Assembly (NCBI RefSeq): GCF_009914755.1 | Contig: NC_060926.1 | Origin: the human T2T-CHM13v2.0 reference genome, Homo sapiens | Reading direction: 5' to 3' (one strand) | Length of the DNA stretch: 64,000 nucleotides | In this document: in pieces, positions 1 to 21,137 of the stretch | How the letters are laid out: each line of letters starts with the position of its first letter | How positions within the stretch are numbered: the first letter of the stretch is position 1 | The notes under the pieces: generated by a model | Database searches by the model: none | Told to the model about the DNA's origin: nothing | The model's input: only the letters and a program-made list of their open reading frames with translations | Made by a program: the position numbers and the translations under genes

Positions 1-54
1 AAAATATATATCCTACTCCATGAAATCCCCACACAGAAGGCTAGATCCAGCTCA

Positions 55-285
<231 letters not shown>

Positions 286-368
286 CTAGGAAGAGACAAA
301 GCCAAGTCCAACTCTACCAAAACATCTTCAAGTCAACAAATTGAAGACATTTGACATGAGCCAAGTTA

Positions 369-1322
<954 letters not shown>

Positions 1323-2599
1323 CATGCGGCAGACACATCCCCTGCATTTACCTCCCCTAAGTCCCACGGACATGAAAGAAGAAACAAAGTGATAAACGCC
1401 TGCAGCACAAGGAAGCACAGAAGGGGGTCAGCAGCTGACCAGAAATGCAGCGTCATTACTGCCCATTCTGTAAGGTGGACAGATGGGTGAGATGGAGAAT
1501 CCAGGTGGAGCTGAGGGAGCCATAACCTGGGCTGGAGAGAGGGCCCCAGAGGCCTCAGGGCATGTGCCCCGGAGAACATCCACGTCACCCCGACTTCTCA
1601 ACCAAGGACTGGAAAGCCCTGGCCAAGAGAATAAACGAAGAAGCCAGAAAACTAGAAAATACAAAGAAAAGCTATCACTCTTAGACATGTTTTCAACATT
1701 GACTCTGAGATTAATCAGACTTTAGCAAGACTGACAGACATAAGGTAAATATAAGAAAAACAGTGCTACCACAGTCAATGATAGTCAAAGTGTAACAGAA
1801 AAAGATACCATTCACAAAAGAAAGAACACTGCAAGTCGCTGAAAATCTGGTCGCCCAACACAACGCCTGCTGCTACGTGGGTGTCGGCACGCAGCTGAAG
1901 GAGCGATGGGCAACCCAGCGGGTGCCAACCACAGGATGGGCCTGTTCAGGTGTCAGGAAGAGATGCTGAGTGAGATCATGCACCAAGGAACGATGAGTGC
2001 CAAGAAGGAAAAAAAGATGGGGCAGGAAGTGCCGCGGGGGTGCAGCCCCTGCGAGGTGCATGGGATAGGGAGTGAGTCCCGGGAAGGCAGCTTCTGAGCG
2101 CCTCGGGGAAGGCCCTCCAGGCAGAGGGCAGCAGGAGCACAGGACTGTGGCAGAGCGCACCTGAGCTGTGAGGAGGTGTGAGGGAGGCGGGGGGCTGGGC
2201 AGGCAACGTAAGTGGGCATCGGGAGGCATCGGGGCCAGGGCGGGAGCAGGAAGAATCATCGGAGCCTGGGCAACATCCAGGCCTCTCACCGTCATCAGGA
2301 GAGAAGGGGGCAACTTGGGTGCCAGCCTGTGAGAGGTGAAAGGAGACAAATTCTGAAGACCCTTTGACGGGAGGGTCACTATGGCCCAAAAGGCCAGAAG
2401 TGAGACTGAGGGAAAGCAAGAAGACGAGGGGAAGCAGGCTGTGGTCCTGAGGAGCAAAAGAAGGGCCTGCTGAGATGTGGCAGAGCTCCAGAAGCCTCCG
2501 GGAGGGCGGGAGCCCTGACACTCTAGGTGAAGAGGCCTGCGGCCTGTCCAGCTGCAGGGCCAAGGAGACAAGAGGGCAGGCTCCTCCAGGGGGGCCCAT

Positions 2600-3826
2600 G
2601 CACACCTAAAATGAGTGTCAGGAGGAGGGAGAAGGAAAGAATTAACGGAACCAAAGAACGGAAGCTTTAAATATTCAGATCAAAGTCTTACCAAGTATCA
2701 AGCAAGAATAAAGAAAACACACACAAACATAAACCCCTAAAGACATCCTGGTGAAAACTTTGAAAGACAAAGATTTTACATCTAGAAAGAAAAATAAATC
2801 ACGTTTTGCTGTCAGCAAAATTCACTTCAAAATAATGCTAGATTACAACAGATACAGGTCTAAAAAGTTCTGAGAGGAGAAAGGCATATCATCACTAAAA
2901 TATGAGAGAAAAATAAACACACTTTAATACATACAAGGACTGAATGTATAGTACCCATGAATCCTTCCTGGAAAAACTGGCAACGAATATATTCTAGCAA
3001 ATGAAAAATAAACCTGGAAAAAAGAAGAAACTGGACATAAAAATAATGGAGACTTAACAAAAGAACAACAAGACTTGTACACTGAAATTACAAAACACTA
3101 CCGAAAGAAATTAAAGATCTAAATGAATAGAAAACTTTCCACGTTCACAGATCAGGAGACTAAATATTGTTAAGATGACAATACTCTCCAAAGTGAGCTA
3201 CAGATTCAATGTGATTCCTATGAGAATCTCAGCTGGCTTTTTTGCAAAACTGACAAGCTCATCCTAAAATCCTTAAGAAAGTGAAAAATGGCCAAAACAA
3301 TCTCAAAATAGCCAAAACAAGCTTGGAAAAAAAAAAAACACAAAGTTGAAGGACTAGCATTTTCCAGTTTCATAACTTACTACAGAGCTACAGTAATCAA
3401 GACAGTGTGGTACTGGCTTAAGGACACACTTAAGATAGAAAGACAGACTATAGATCAATGGAATAGAATTCAGAGTCCAGAAACAAATCCATGCATCTAT
3501 GGTCAACTGATTTTTGACAAGGGTGCCAAAAACCACTCAATGGGGAGAGGACAGTCTTCAACAAGCAGTGCTAGTACAACTAGATATCCACATACGAAAG
3601 GGTGAAGTCCAACCCCAGTCTCACACCACACACAAAAATTAACTTCAAAAATAGATCAAAGACTTACATGTAAAATCTAAAACCATAAGACTCTTAGAGA
3701 AAACATGGGAGTAAATCTTTATGACCTTGGGCTTGGCAGAGTCTTCCTAGATATAACACCAAAACACAAGTGACAAACGGTAAAAGAGACCAACTAAACG
3801 TCATCCATTTAAAATGTTTCTGCTTC
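2600..3826 (+). mobile_element. Old, degenerate L1 (L1M-type) fragments
   Basis: Residual ORF2-like peptide WYW...[26 protein letters not shown] (ORF 3405-3605); A-rich; the L1 continues after 5157. Confidence 0.85.
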
Positions 3827-3827
3827 C

Positions 3828-7450
<3,623 letters not shown>

Positions 7451-7628
7451 TAAGCATGTTTTCAGCATGCATGTGCAGTGCCCGTGAGATATGAGCATCT
7501 CAGTGGGGAGTAGGAGAATGGTGCAAGCCCCAGGCTCAGAAAGGAGGGAACACAGGTCCAGATGTGGGATCTCAACACAATGGCAGGAGGCGAAGCCCTG
7601 AGCCTGGCCTGTTCGAGGTCTGAATCTA

Positions 7629-8033
<405 letters not shown>

Positions 8034-8262
8034 TCACATGCAACTGCACCGGGCAGAGGTGCAGCACCCACAGTGGTCCCCCTGCGTCTTCAGCAGCCGC
8101 CCGAGGCAGGTGTGCCCTGCACTCCAGTCCCCTCTCCTCCCATGCTCTCAGACAGGTCTGAAAGCCTATCTCCACAGGGCACCCCAAGCAGCCTCAGCAC
8201 ACTGATCCCAACTGGCACACATGTCGAAACGTGTTTACACCCCACCATATACATGGGCCTAG

Positions 8263-8584
<322 letters not shown>

Positions 8585-8642
8585 TAAAGTGGCTTCATAG
8601 TCACACTGGATATTAAAAGACAGTGTGAAAAGTTACAAAGAG

Positions 8643-9298
<656 letters not shown>

Positions 9299-9991
9299 TT
9301 AGGTTAGAAAAGTCCAGTCCCCAGAATGCAACAGTCCAATCCCCAGCAGCTTTAAGTTAGAAAGTTCAATCCCCAGAACACAGACCAGAGAGCAGCCCAG
9401 GCAGAGGCAGGCAGCACCAAGGCCTGGAGGAAAGCTGTCAGGGCCGGCCAGGGAAAGACCCCTGGGGCATAGCCTGCAGGCCTGCAACAACCACACCTCC
9501 TCACTCAGGGCAGCCAGAGGCCAAGGAAGCCCTCCAGAGAGGCCTGTAGCGGAGGGTGCAGACAACCCCCAACTCAGAATAGCCGGGAGAACCTGCACTC
9601 AACGTGCCCTACACACGGTGGGTCTTCGGCCTTCCAGTGACAAGAATGTGAATGGCTTACATTAAAAGCATGTACACATGTACCTACTCTACTCACTAAC
9701 AGCCATATTCAATTCCATACCCACTTACATAGAGAAAGCATGTGTGCATTTTCCACAGCCTCCTAGCTATACACCAACATAAGTGTGGTTAGCTTTCTTT
9801 GGTGGTGGGGGTTTACAGCCCATTTTATTTTCTTCTTGTTTATATTTCTAATGTTTCTACAAATAACACGTATTATTTACAAAATTCTTTTAAGTGTAAG
9901 AAAAAAACCCTAGCTATCAACACTACAAAATCAGCAATATGGAAACAACTGGCTAAAATAATGTGGACCTATTAAGAAATGAGGAAAATAC

Positions 9992-10795
<804 letters not shown>

Positions 10796-11301
10796 TCACA
10801 TGACCCTCACAGAAGGGCAGGTTTTTCAGAGATCAGGGCAGCCTAAACACCAAAAGCACGGAAGAAGAACACGTGAGCATCTCACCACGCTCACATCCCT
10901 CTCGGCCTGTCTGTGTGACCACTGAGGTGGGGGCTGGTGGGAGGTGGAGAGACAGACTCTAGCGTGACACCCCCACGCTTCTCCTGCTCCCGACGGGATC
11001 TCCCCAGGCTGCTGGGAGGAGCGGCTCTCTAAGTGTATGGCCTGAGTCAGGGGGCACAGCTGGAACTGACGGGCATGGGGCAGGTGGCCTGGGACCTTGG
11101 GCGCCACCCTCCCCAGGCACACACATTCGTAATCTTAATTTTCTAGGGGTGGATGATATGCATTCTCCTTGAAAACATGATTTCTGCTAACACTATTCCA
11201 GGGTGAAACCCCATCAGACCCCAGAACAAGGAAGGCCCTGCACCCCCACTGCACTGTGCTCTGGGAGCACCACACTTCTTCCTATGGGGCCTGGGACATA
11301 C

Positions 11302-12557
11302 TCAGCCGTAAGCCATCTCGATGGTAGCAGCTCCCGGAGTAGGCACCCTCCTGGATCTCCCGCTGCAGGCCAGCAGCCCCGCGCATCACGATCACGGGCG
11401 TGGAGGTGACCTGGACGTTCAGCCTTGGCTCCTCTGCTGATGGGCACGTGTCCTCAGGGCCAGCATCCAACGTGGAAGGAACGTGTCCTGGGCTTTCTCT
11501 GTCGCTTGCTGCATAATGCTCAGAGGACACCAAACAAACCTCAAGCGGTTCTGTTGGATCATGTCCCACACAGCTCTCCCGGAACCGTCGGCCTTGGCCA
11601 AGGTCAACACAGGTGCCGGTCAGTAGTAACAGCTCCCTGTCATCCAGGACACACGACCCCTGTTCCTGGAGACTGCCTACATCTGGATCGGAGCCCACTG
11701 CCAAGGAAGAGGGTGTCTCTCTGAGTTCAGACGTAGCACAGGAACAATTTGATGACGTTTGGTCTGTCTGGTCACTGAAAAAGAGTTCCTTGAGGTTCCA
11801 GGAAAACGAATTCACATCAACCTCCTGGGCCTCCACTGCTTCCAGGCCCCCAGGGAGGTCCGTGGCCAAGGCATAGCAGGCTGAGGAGCTGCCCGTGCAG
11901 CCACCGCACAGGTCTCTGCCTCCCAGATCGCAGGACGACACAGGAGCGGTGACAGCCTGGCACTCTGTCGGAACGAGTTCGGCGTGGGGGACATCCAGGG
12001 CTCCCGCAAGGCTCAACTGGGACAGCTGCTCCTTAATCAAGCAGGTCTGCAGCTCTTCTCGGTCGTTTTCCACTCCCAGCCACGGCTCATCTAGAGTAGG
12101 TGTCCCAAACGAGAGGCCTGCCATCCCAGAGGGGCTGGGGGCCAAGTCCTGGCTTCGCCACCACAAGCCCCATTCACTCCCATAGCAAGGGCAGTGCATC
12201 AGGAGGCTGCCCCCCGCCAGCTGACCCTTGGCCTGGGGCTTGGCCACGGCAGCCCCAGCCCAAAGGTCTGAACCGCTGGGACCACTGACTCCCATCCGCT
12301 CTAGCTGGGCCTTCTGACACAGGCCACACATGCCAGCATCACTGCCCCCATCCTCAGCTGGGACTGGAGCTTCAGAATCTTCGCAGGAAGCAAATGGCTT
12401 CACATCCACTGGTTCAGACCTGCTTTCTCCCAGAAGATCCTGTCCGGGGCTCTCTATTGCCACAGGTTCCTCTCTCCCCAAGGCAGTGATTTGCTGGTCC
12501 TTGGGCAGCGCCTGTTCACCGTGCACTGGCAGGCTTCCTTCTGGGACATTGTCCACC
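11302..12557 (-). CDS. PASK: PASK exon 10 (large 1256-nt exon, linker between PAS and kinase regions; VDNVPEGSL...YHRDGLRL)
   Basis: Lies within the 446-aa ORF 11282-12622; acceptor ccccag ending at 12558, donor TGA|GTATGT at 11301; phase 2/1 fits both neighbours. Confidence 0.95.
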
Positions 12558-13102
12558 CTGGGGATAATGACATGGGTGACCATCATGTAGGGCCACAGAT
12601 GAGTCAAAAGGAGAGATTGCACCGATTCTCCATTAGAACTAAGTACAAAGCATTTAATGCCACCAATTTATAACAAGAAAAAGACCAAATTTTGTGACCA
12701 AGTTAAAAAATAAAGCACTTAGTCTCAAATTTCTCCAAATTAAGTCCACATTTAGAAATGATTTTGCAGAGAATGCTACCAAAAGCCCAACAGTAAAGTA
12801 CAGGAGCACTTGCCAATGCTTTGGTCAGCGCTCTCGCTTCATCTCAGGGCCCCCAAACCCCCCGTCAGCCGTGCAGCCTAGCCTCGGCCCCACCTGCAAG
12901 GGGAAGTCCGTGCTGCTGCCTTGAGGAGGTGTGAGAGGAAACGAGAGAGAGATTGGAGAGTCCCTGGTAAACTCCACAACAGTAAAAAAACAACTGATTG
13001 ACTACAAACACCATCCGATTTCACAGCCGACTAGGGAAATGGCTCTCAGATTTGGGAAATGGCTCTCAGATGGGGCCCACACAGAAGGGGCCAGGGGCCA
13101 GG

Positions 13103-13405
13103 GGGCCGGGCGTGGTGGCTCACGCCTGTAATCCCAGCACTTTGGGAGGCCGAGGTGGGCAGATCACTTGAGGTCAGGAGGTTCGAGACCAGACTGGCCA
13201 ACATGGCAAAGTCCTGTCTCTACTAAAAATACAAAAATTAGCCCGGTGAGGTGGCAGGCACCTATAATCCCAGCTACTTGGAGGCTGAGGCAGGAGAATG
13301 GTTTGAGCCTGGGAGGCAGAGGTTGCAGTGAGCTGAGATTGTACCAGCTCACTGGTGAGATGGGTGACAGAGTGAGACTCCGTCTCAAACACAAACAAAA
13401 AAAGA
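13103..13405 (+). mobile_element. AluS
   Basis: Alu consensus match. Confidence 0.9.
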
Positions 13406-13709
13406 AGGGGACACGGGCCGAAAAAGAGAGAGGAGGCTGGTGAGGGCGGCTCCTAAGAGGTGGCACACAATGTCCTCCAGCATTCAGCACATGGTGACCC
13501 ATGAGGAGGCTGCCACAGTCCAGACAGGATGATCACAGAGCCAAGGGACCCAGGCCTCCTGTCAGCCCAGCCACTGGCCTCCACATGACAGACTGACACT
13601 GGGCACCAGATGCACAGAATGTGACCGCACCACCTCACTCGGGGACAGACACACAGGTTAACATCAGCAACCTAATAAAGGTATACCAGAGGCTCAGAAA
13701 GAGGACAGG

Positions 13710-13978
13710 ATCGGGCACAGTGGCCCACACCTGTAATCCCAGCACTGTGGGAGGCTGAGCCCAGGAGTTCGAGACCAGCCTGGGCAACATAGTGAGACCT
13801 CGTCTCTACAAAACATTTAAAAATTAGCCAGCGTGGTGACACACACCTGTAGTCTCAGCTACTTGGGAGGCTGAAGCGGGAACCTCGCTTGAGCACAGGA
13901 GTCTAGGCTGCAGTGAGCTGTGATCGCACCACTGCACTCCAGCCTGGGCAATGGCCAAGACCATCTCAAAAAAAAAAG
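13710..13978 (+). mobile_element. AluJ-like
   Basis: Alu with a small left-arm deletion and J-type motifs (GAGCCCAGGAGTTC, GGCTGCAGTGAGCTGTGAT). Confidence 0.88.
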
Positions 13979-14439
13979 ACGGAAGAGGAAGGATACAACC
14001 CAAGGGTGGGTTCCACAGAGAAAGGGATTGTGAGCCAAGTTCTGAGGAAAAGCAGTTTTCTGAGGGGAACTGAGGGGTAGGCTGAGGGTCTGCGTCTGCC
14101 TGCCTCTCTCCCTCCATGTCTCCCGCCTCTCTCCCTCCATGTCTCCCATCTCTCTCTCCCCTGTACCTCCCTCTCCCGCTCTCCATCCATCCCATGCTTG
14201 AGACAAACCCCATGCAAATGCTAGGAAACTGCACATCCTCCTGCAGGATCAGGTAAGACAGGAGGCGAATGCACACCACGAGGGTCTCACAAAGCCCCTT
14301 GCCAAAGAGTCTGGGCAACTTCTGGGGCACAGTCCAGACACAAAGCTGAGGCCCCTGGGCAGCACTGCATCTTCACCCATGCTCTTGGGGCCTTAGCGGG
14401 CTGCTGCAGCCTCAGTACCCGTTCTCTCCACAGTCACCT

Positions 14440-14750
14440 GGGTCCACGGCCCTTCCATCAAAACCCTTGGGCCAGATGTGTTTGGGGATTTCAGAAAAGT
14501 CATATGACCACTTGCTAGGGAGACCCCAGCAGGCTGGGGAGAGGGCTTCACGGGCATCCACTGCCCTGTGTCTGCAGCAAGGCCTCTGAACACTCAAACT
14601 GCAGAGGTCAAGGGAAAACCACAAACAGCTTCTCACGTGCTTAGGGCCAATTTGACCGTCCAATGCTTTTAGCATCAATTCTAAGAAAAATATTTCAGTG
14701 TTGGGGGCTTTTTGGATTTCATAATTTTGGCTAAGAGATTGTGAAACTGT
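14440..14750. mobile_element. DNA-transposon fossil, MER96-like
   Basis: AAACCCTTGGGCCAGATGTGTTT...CTTTTTGGATTTC...GATTGTG resembles the recalled MER96 termini. Confidence 0.5.
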
Positions 14751-16136
14751 GGATCTCTGACTTTCAGCATGACAGCAACTCAGGAAACATGAGGACATCC
14801 TCCAGCTGCCCTGGCAGCCAGGCATCGCCACGCCACTCAGTTCTGGCCAGCATGCAGTCAGGGCATGAAGGATGTGATCTGCCGACTGCACACAGGCCTT
14901 GAGCTGCTGGGACCTCAACCCAGGGCAGCCCCAGGGACCGTAGGTCCTCCAGTGGGGAAGCACCAGGACCTGACCCCCGTGGAGACCCGAGACCCCCACC
15001 TGCTGTCTGAGCACATCACCTGGGGTCTCTTCGAGGACCTGATGCCCAGTGTAACAATTCACTCAGCTTCAGCATCCATTTGCTAAAAATCAGACTACAC
15101 TCCCAGGATTACCAGGAGAACTAAAGGAGACAACTTACGAGGAAGCACCCAACGTAGTCCCTAAAACACAAAAGCACTCCGTACAGCTCACCTCCTTCCT
15201 TCATGCTTCCTAACCCTGTTCTGTCTTACTGTTTCAGCTTATTGTCCTGACCAGACTACAATTCTTAGGGACACACCCCAAGTCTTCTGTAATGCTTATT
15301 TGTTGAATAAGCGAACGAGTGAGTGAATGACTGAGCGGGGAATGAATGGATAAATCTCTATAGTCATAACTGCACTAGCTGTGCAGTGGATGCTAATCAA
15401 ACTCTCAGAACTGTGACATCCAGAAACGTCCAATGCAATAGAAAGACTAGGAATTGGCTGATCTTGGGCAACTCCCTTGGTACCACCAAGTCCTGGAAGA
15501 TGAGTTGTGTCCAAGGTCCTGAGGATAGCAACGGGCCACGTGGCCTCTGTCCACCAAGATGTCCCAGACAACGGGAGCACTGGCAAGGGGGCCCGGCCGC
15601 TAGTGCTGTTGAGCACCCACGGGTCAGACTTGGGCCCTCAACCACGGCCGCCCCACTTCAGCTTGGTGGCACCTCTGGAGAGGTGCGCACAGCAATATTA
15701 TTCATAGTAATATTGAAAACTCACGTGTTGAGCGCCTGCTCTGTTCCACTCGCAGTGGAAGTAGAGCAAATAGAGCCAACAGCTACCCTCTCACGCCACT
15801 CAACGCGGACCCACAGTGGCAAAGGGAAAATCAGGGAGGCTAAGCAAACAAGAGAAAGCACCGGCACATCGGCCAGTGGGAAAGTGGCCCATGAGCTAGG
15901 GTGCCATCCAGGAGGCTTCGGTTCCGAGGAGGCCTGTAGAGGAAGATCTGCAGGACATGTGTGTGCGTACACATACACACACATTTAGGACACTGTGTAT
16001 GGTATAATCCCAGCCGTGCTCAGGGAACAGAAGCAGTTACATGTGAGCACACATATGCACATGCACACATAGAAGTATAATATACAACTATAGTTAAATG
16101 CACAAGAAAGAAGGCCTGGAAGGCTCTAACTGCTGA

Positions 16137-16552
<416 letters not shown>

Positions 16553-16877
16553 CATGCATTACATATTTTTAAACATACATACATACTTTATATGTATCTA
16601 TTACATATTTTTTAAATAATTTCAAGACTAGAAAACACAACTATGTGGATAAATATCACAGACACAGCAATAAGCAGAAGGCAGACAGAAGGAAATGCAT
16701 GCGTCAGGCTCAACGGCAGGCAGTCTAACCTCTGCCCTGACCCAGGGCAGCAGGGTGTAGGGGGCACAGTGCAGGAAGGGACCCAGGGTCTGCAGGCAGC
16801 CAAGAAAGGGTCCTGGGCCACCTGGGCACCTACAGTTTGGGCACCTTTACTGCATGCTGTGCATAAGAAAAGATTCT

Positions 16878-17177
16878 GGGTCAGGTATGGTGGCTCACAC
16901 CTGTAATCCCAGGACTTTGGGAGGCCAAGGCGGGTGGACCATGAGGTCAAGGGATCGAGACCAGTCTGGCCAACATAGTGAAACCCCGCCTCTAGTAAAA
17001 ATACAAAAATTAGCCGGGCGTGGTGGCAGGTGCCTGTAGTCTCAGCTACTCAGGAGGCTGAGGCAGGAGAATCACTTGAACCAGGGGGCAGAAGTTACAG
17101 TGAACCAAGATCACGCCACTGCACTCTAGCCTGGGCAGCTGAGTGAGACTCCATCTCAAAAAAAAAAAAAAAAAAAA
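16878..17177 (+). mobile_element. AluS
   Basis: Full Alu; flanked by AAAAGATTC. Confidence 0.92.
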
Positions 17178-17372
17178 GATTCCGAAGAAGAAAATGGGTT
17201 AAAAATACACACACACGTGCTATGTACAATACGACTATGAGAATAGAACAAGTTTTTATTTCTACTTTTCCAAATGTTCCTAATTCTCTAATATAAACTT
17301 TCTTTACTCTAAATAGAATATTTTAAAATGTGCAAAGAGAACAGCTTCATATGACTTTGAAAATGATAAAAT

Positions 17373-17624
17373 TAATCCCAGCACTTTGGGAGGCCAAGGC
17401 GGGCGGATAACAAAGTCAGGAAATCGAGACCATCCTGGCCAACGTGGTGAAACTAAAAAAAATACAAAAAAGTAACCGGGCGTGGTGGCGGGCGCCTGTA
17501 GTCCCCAGCTACTCGGGAGGCTGAGGCAGGAGAATGGTGTGAACCCAGGAGGCGGAGCTTGCAATGCAATGAGCTGAGATCGCGCCACTGCACTCCAGCC
17601 TGGGTGACACAGCGAGACTCTGTC

Positions 17625-17655
<31 letters not shown>
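17373..17655 (+). mobile_element. 5'-truncated Alu
   Basis: TSD GAAAATGATAAAATTA; long A tail. Confidence 0.9.
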
Positions 17656-17971
17656 AATGATAAAATTATGATTCCATCAGTTCTCTGAAATCTACCTCAA
17701 CATTCTGGAACTCTCCACAGCCTGTTTCCTTATCCCTACAGTGAGACAGTAACACCATGGTGCCCTCCCATACAGGCTGATAAGGACTCAGCCAGGCAGC
17801 ACAGAAAACCCAGCAGTCAGTGTGTGTGGAAGAGAGCAGGTGCTCAACACATGTGAGTTTTCAATGTTACTATGAATAATAGGCTGAACATTTCTCTCTG
17901 ACTTGTTCCTCATTCACCTACCATCTGTCTGGACTTTTAGTAAACCTGCAACCTCCCACCAAAGGACTTAC

Positions 17972-18128
17972 CCTGGAGCAGGCTGAGGTGAGAGGCAGGA
18001 AAGGAGCTGGCCTCCAGCAATCAGCTCAGTCTGAGTCCCGGTGAAGATGTCTTGGCTTTCCATCAGCTTCCGGATCTCATCTCGGGGCACAACGTGGCCA
18101 CCAGCAAGCACGACATTAATCCTTGGAT
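17972..18128 (-). CDS. PASK: PASK exon 9 (DPRINVVLAGGHVV...SPQPAPG)
   Basis: Acceptor gccag ending at 18129, donor AGG|GTAAGT at 17971; 157 nt, phase 1/2. Confidence 0.95.
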
Positions 18129-18798
18129 CTGGCAGCAACACCAAAAAAGAGCGTTTGCTCTTCACAGGCACTCCCTAAAACGAATCTGCTCATTCGCCTG
18201 GAACTCACTGAGACTGCTTCACAGCATGACCAGCATCGACCACCTCTCACCACCCCAGGCGTCCCAGGTCCAACCCAGCGCCCTCTTCTCTGCCTCCTGT
18301 CTCCCTGCTCCTTGGCCCAGGACACCTGCAGCCAGCTACCATGATCCTATTAACACCCAAGTCAGAGCACGGCCCTCATCGGCTGACAACCCTCCAACAG
18401 CTCCCATCTGACTCTGGATAGAAGCCGAAGTCTCGGCCATGGCCCCCCAACTCTGTGGCCTCACTCCTCCAGGTCTCTCCACCTGGCCTCCCTGCCATAT
18501 CTGAAGTATTAGAGGCCTTGGGATCATGGCTCCTGATCCCAGAAATGCTGTACCTGGGTATCTACAAGGCTTCCCTAGGCCTCCTGGGCCCCCAAGCCTA
18601 AGACTGCATGCCCTCTTCCCCTCTTTGCCTTCCTCCCGAGCTCTGGCCACTTCCTGGGCTCCATGTCACCTGGCTCCCTCCAGTCCCCGTGAGCGCAGGG
18701 GCATCTGCACGCAGTGCAGCCTGGCACGTGGTAGGGGATGAAAGTATGTCTCTTGGTTACATGAGAGAAAGCAGCCTGCATTAGGAAGGACCCTGGGA

Positions 18799-19095
<297 letters not shown>

Positions 19096-20373
19096 AGGAC
19101 GACCCCAGAAAGAACCCTAGCCCCAAGCCGAGAGAAGCCTGCTCTGTGACCAGGACAGTTGGGTGGTTCGGCATAACTTCTCCAAGAGGCATTTTTGACA
19201 GTAACTAGCAAACGTGTTCATTCCCTGAATCCAGAAGTTCCACTTCTAAGAATTCATCCTAAGGAAACAATGCGAGAGTAACAGAAATGTGATCCCCTCC
19301 CCCCACCACCAAATATCCGACAAACAGCATGTACTCAACACAGGCATGCATGCACAGGTCAGAATTTGGAATTCTGGAAAAAGGGGAAGGGGAATATAAT
19401 TAGTGCTAGAGGAAAAAGCTTGTATAAAGGACAGACTGAGATAGAAAAACCCAGATACAATGAAGGGAACCACATGCTAAGGAAAGCCGGGATTGTAAGG
19501 AGAACCAACAGCCTAACAAAGTATCTTTTAAAACAAATGTTACAATCCAGCTTCTAATGCCCCAGGCGAGACCCTGTGGGGAAGGAGGCTGGGCGCATGT
19601 GCCAAAGAACTCACACAATGCCCAGACAGCTAAAGAGTGTCTGACGGTAAATGTTTATCTCACCAGGCTGGTCAGTCTCGTGAAGCTGTAGTTTTTCTCA
19701 GTGACTGTATTAAATCCACTTTCGCACTCATTCGATACCCGAGTGACCGCATGCAGGACAACCTCGCAAGCCAGCACCTGCCGACCCGCCTGGCCCCACC
19801 ACGATGCAGAGCCCCGAGGCGGCTGTGCTTTCTGCCAGCACTGGCCACTCTCTCTCTCTCACCCCCACTGTGTCCTTCCATAGAACAGAGACCCCCCCCA
19901 CCTGACACCCCTGCCACACCATCACCTGGACCCTTGGGCCCCAGCCTGCCCCAGGAACTCCAGAACCACACCCAGTGAGCCCACGCTCCAGGTGGGCAGA
20001 GGCCCTGGAGGCAGAGTTCCGGGGTCCCCACCAGGGCAGAGCCAGGGACAGGGCGCACCCCCACCCCATGCTTGTCAACAAGAGTGAGCACTGTGGAAGC
20101 AGCCAGGGGCCTGCTCCTTACCAGGAGCTCAGGCGTGGGCCCTGCCAGGACATCAGCGGGTTCTACTGCCCCTCATTGCTCCCAGCCAGAGTGGGTCCCT
20201 CGGGACAGGAGGCAGTGTGCTCACCCTGTCTTCACAAGCCACACACCTAAGACTGTGCATATGAAAGGGACTCGGAGTATTTGTTGAAATCATTTAAAAT
20301 GTTAAATTAAAACTATGTGGGATAAACATAATTAAACCAGGAAATACTGGTAGAACATTCAATTTAGGAATTG

Positions 20374-20600
20374 CAGTCAACCCTCAGTACACTCAGGGGA
20401 TGGGTTCCAGGACCCCCAGAATGCCAAAATCCGAGCACCCTCAAGTCCCACAGCCCACCCGTGGAACGCAGGTGCATGGAAAGTCAGCCCTCCATATACG
20501 CCAACTTCACCTCCCACCAGTACTGGATTTCTGAGGTTGAAAAGAATCTGTGTATAAGTGGACCCTCTAATGTCAAACCCAGTTGTTCAAGGGTCAGCGG
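20374..20600. mobile_element. MER2-like (Tigger-family) DNA transposon remnant
   Basis: CAGTCAACCCTC...GGTTCCAGGACCCCC...CCAAAATCC and GTGGACCC...CAAACCC..TTGTTCAAGGGTCA termini. Confidence 0.7.
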
Positions 20601-20968
20601 TAATCCGATATGCTACATGGCTTCACTTAAACTACATGAAGCTATATAAGTTTACTTAGAAAAGACAAGACGGTCAGTTAGCTGTGTCTCGGATGCTGTG
20701 TCTCGGATATCATGGGCACTGGTGATGCACTCTTGGGGGGTTTTCTATTCTCTTCTCTATGCTCATATGTTTATAAGAATATGTCACAGCCCCCGAGACA
20801 GAGAGGAACATCAAACCAGAAAACAGTCACCCCCCTACTCCGCCCCCCACCACCCCTGAGCCTCTGGAGGGACAGTAGCTCCTGCTCCTCCCAGCCCTGT
20901 CTCAGAGGCATGGGGCTGTCTGGGGCTCAGCAGCTACAGGCGCATTCAGGAGGAAGAGGACGTCTTAC

Positions 20969-21137
20969 CCTGGCCCCCCTCAGCTGGGTCCTGGCCCTGC
21001 CACGGGTCCAAGGTTCTCTCCCCACACCCACTCTCATTGCCGACGTCCAGGCAGCTGGCCAGGTCTGGGAGCTGTAATGAGCTGTTGTACGCAAGGTCCA
21101 TGTAGCTGTAGAAACCAGGAATCAGGAAAGTGATATT
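20969..21137 (-). CDS. PASK: PASK exon 8 (NITFLIPGFYSYMDLAY...DPAEGGQ)
   Basis: Acceptor ttttctag ending at 21138, donor AGG|GTAAGA at 20968; 169 nt, phase 0/1; correct frame is absent from the ORF track. Confidence 0.94.

Noticed and set aside
1873-2605. 200+ aa minus-strand ORFs
   Set aside because: Low-complexity GC-rich intronic sequence with no recognisable domain; no room in the PASK frame since exons 12 and 13 join in phase
12558-12622. N-terminal extension of the 446-aa ORF upstream of PASK exon 10
   Set aside because: Intronic read-through from a non-ATG start; the real acceptor at 12558 fits the phase of exon 9
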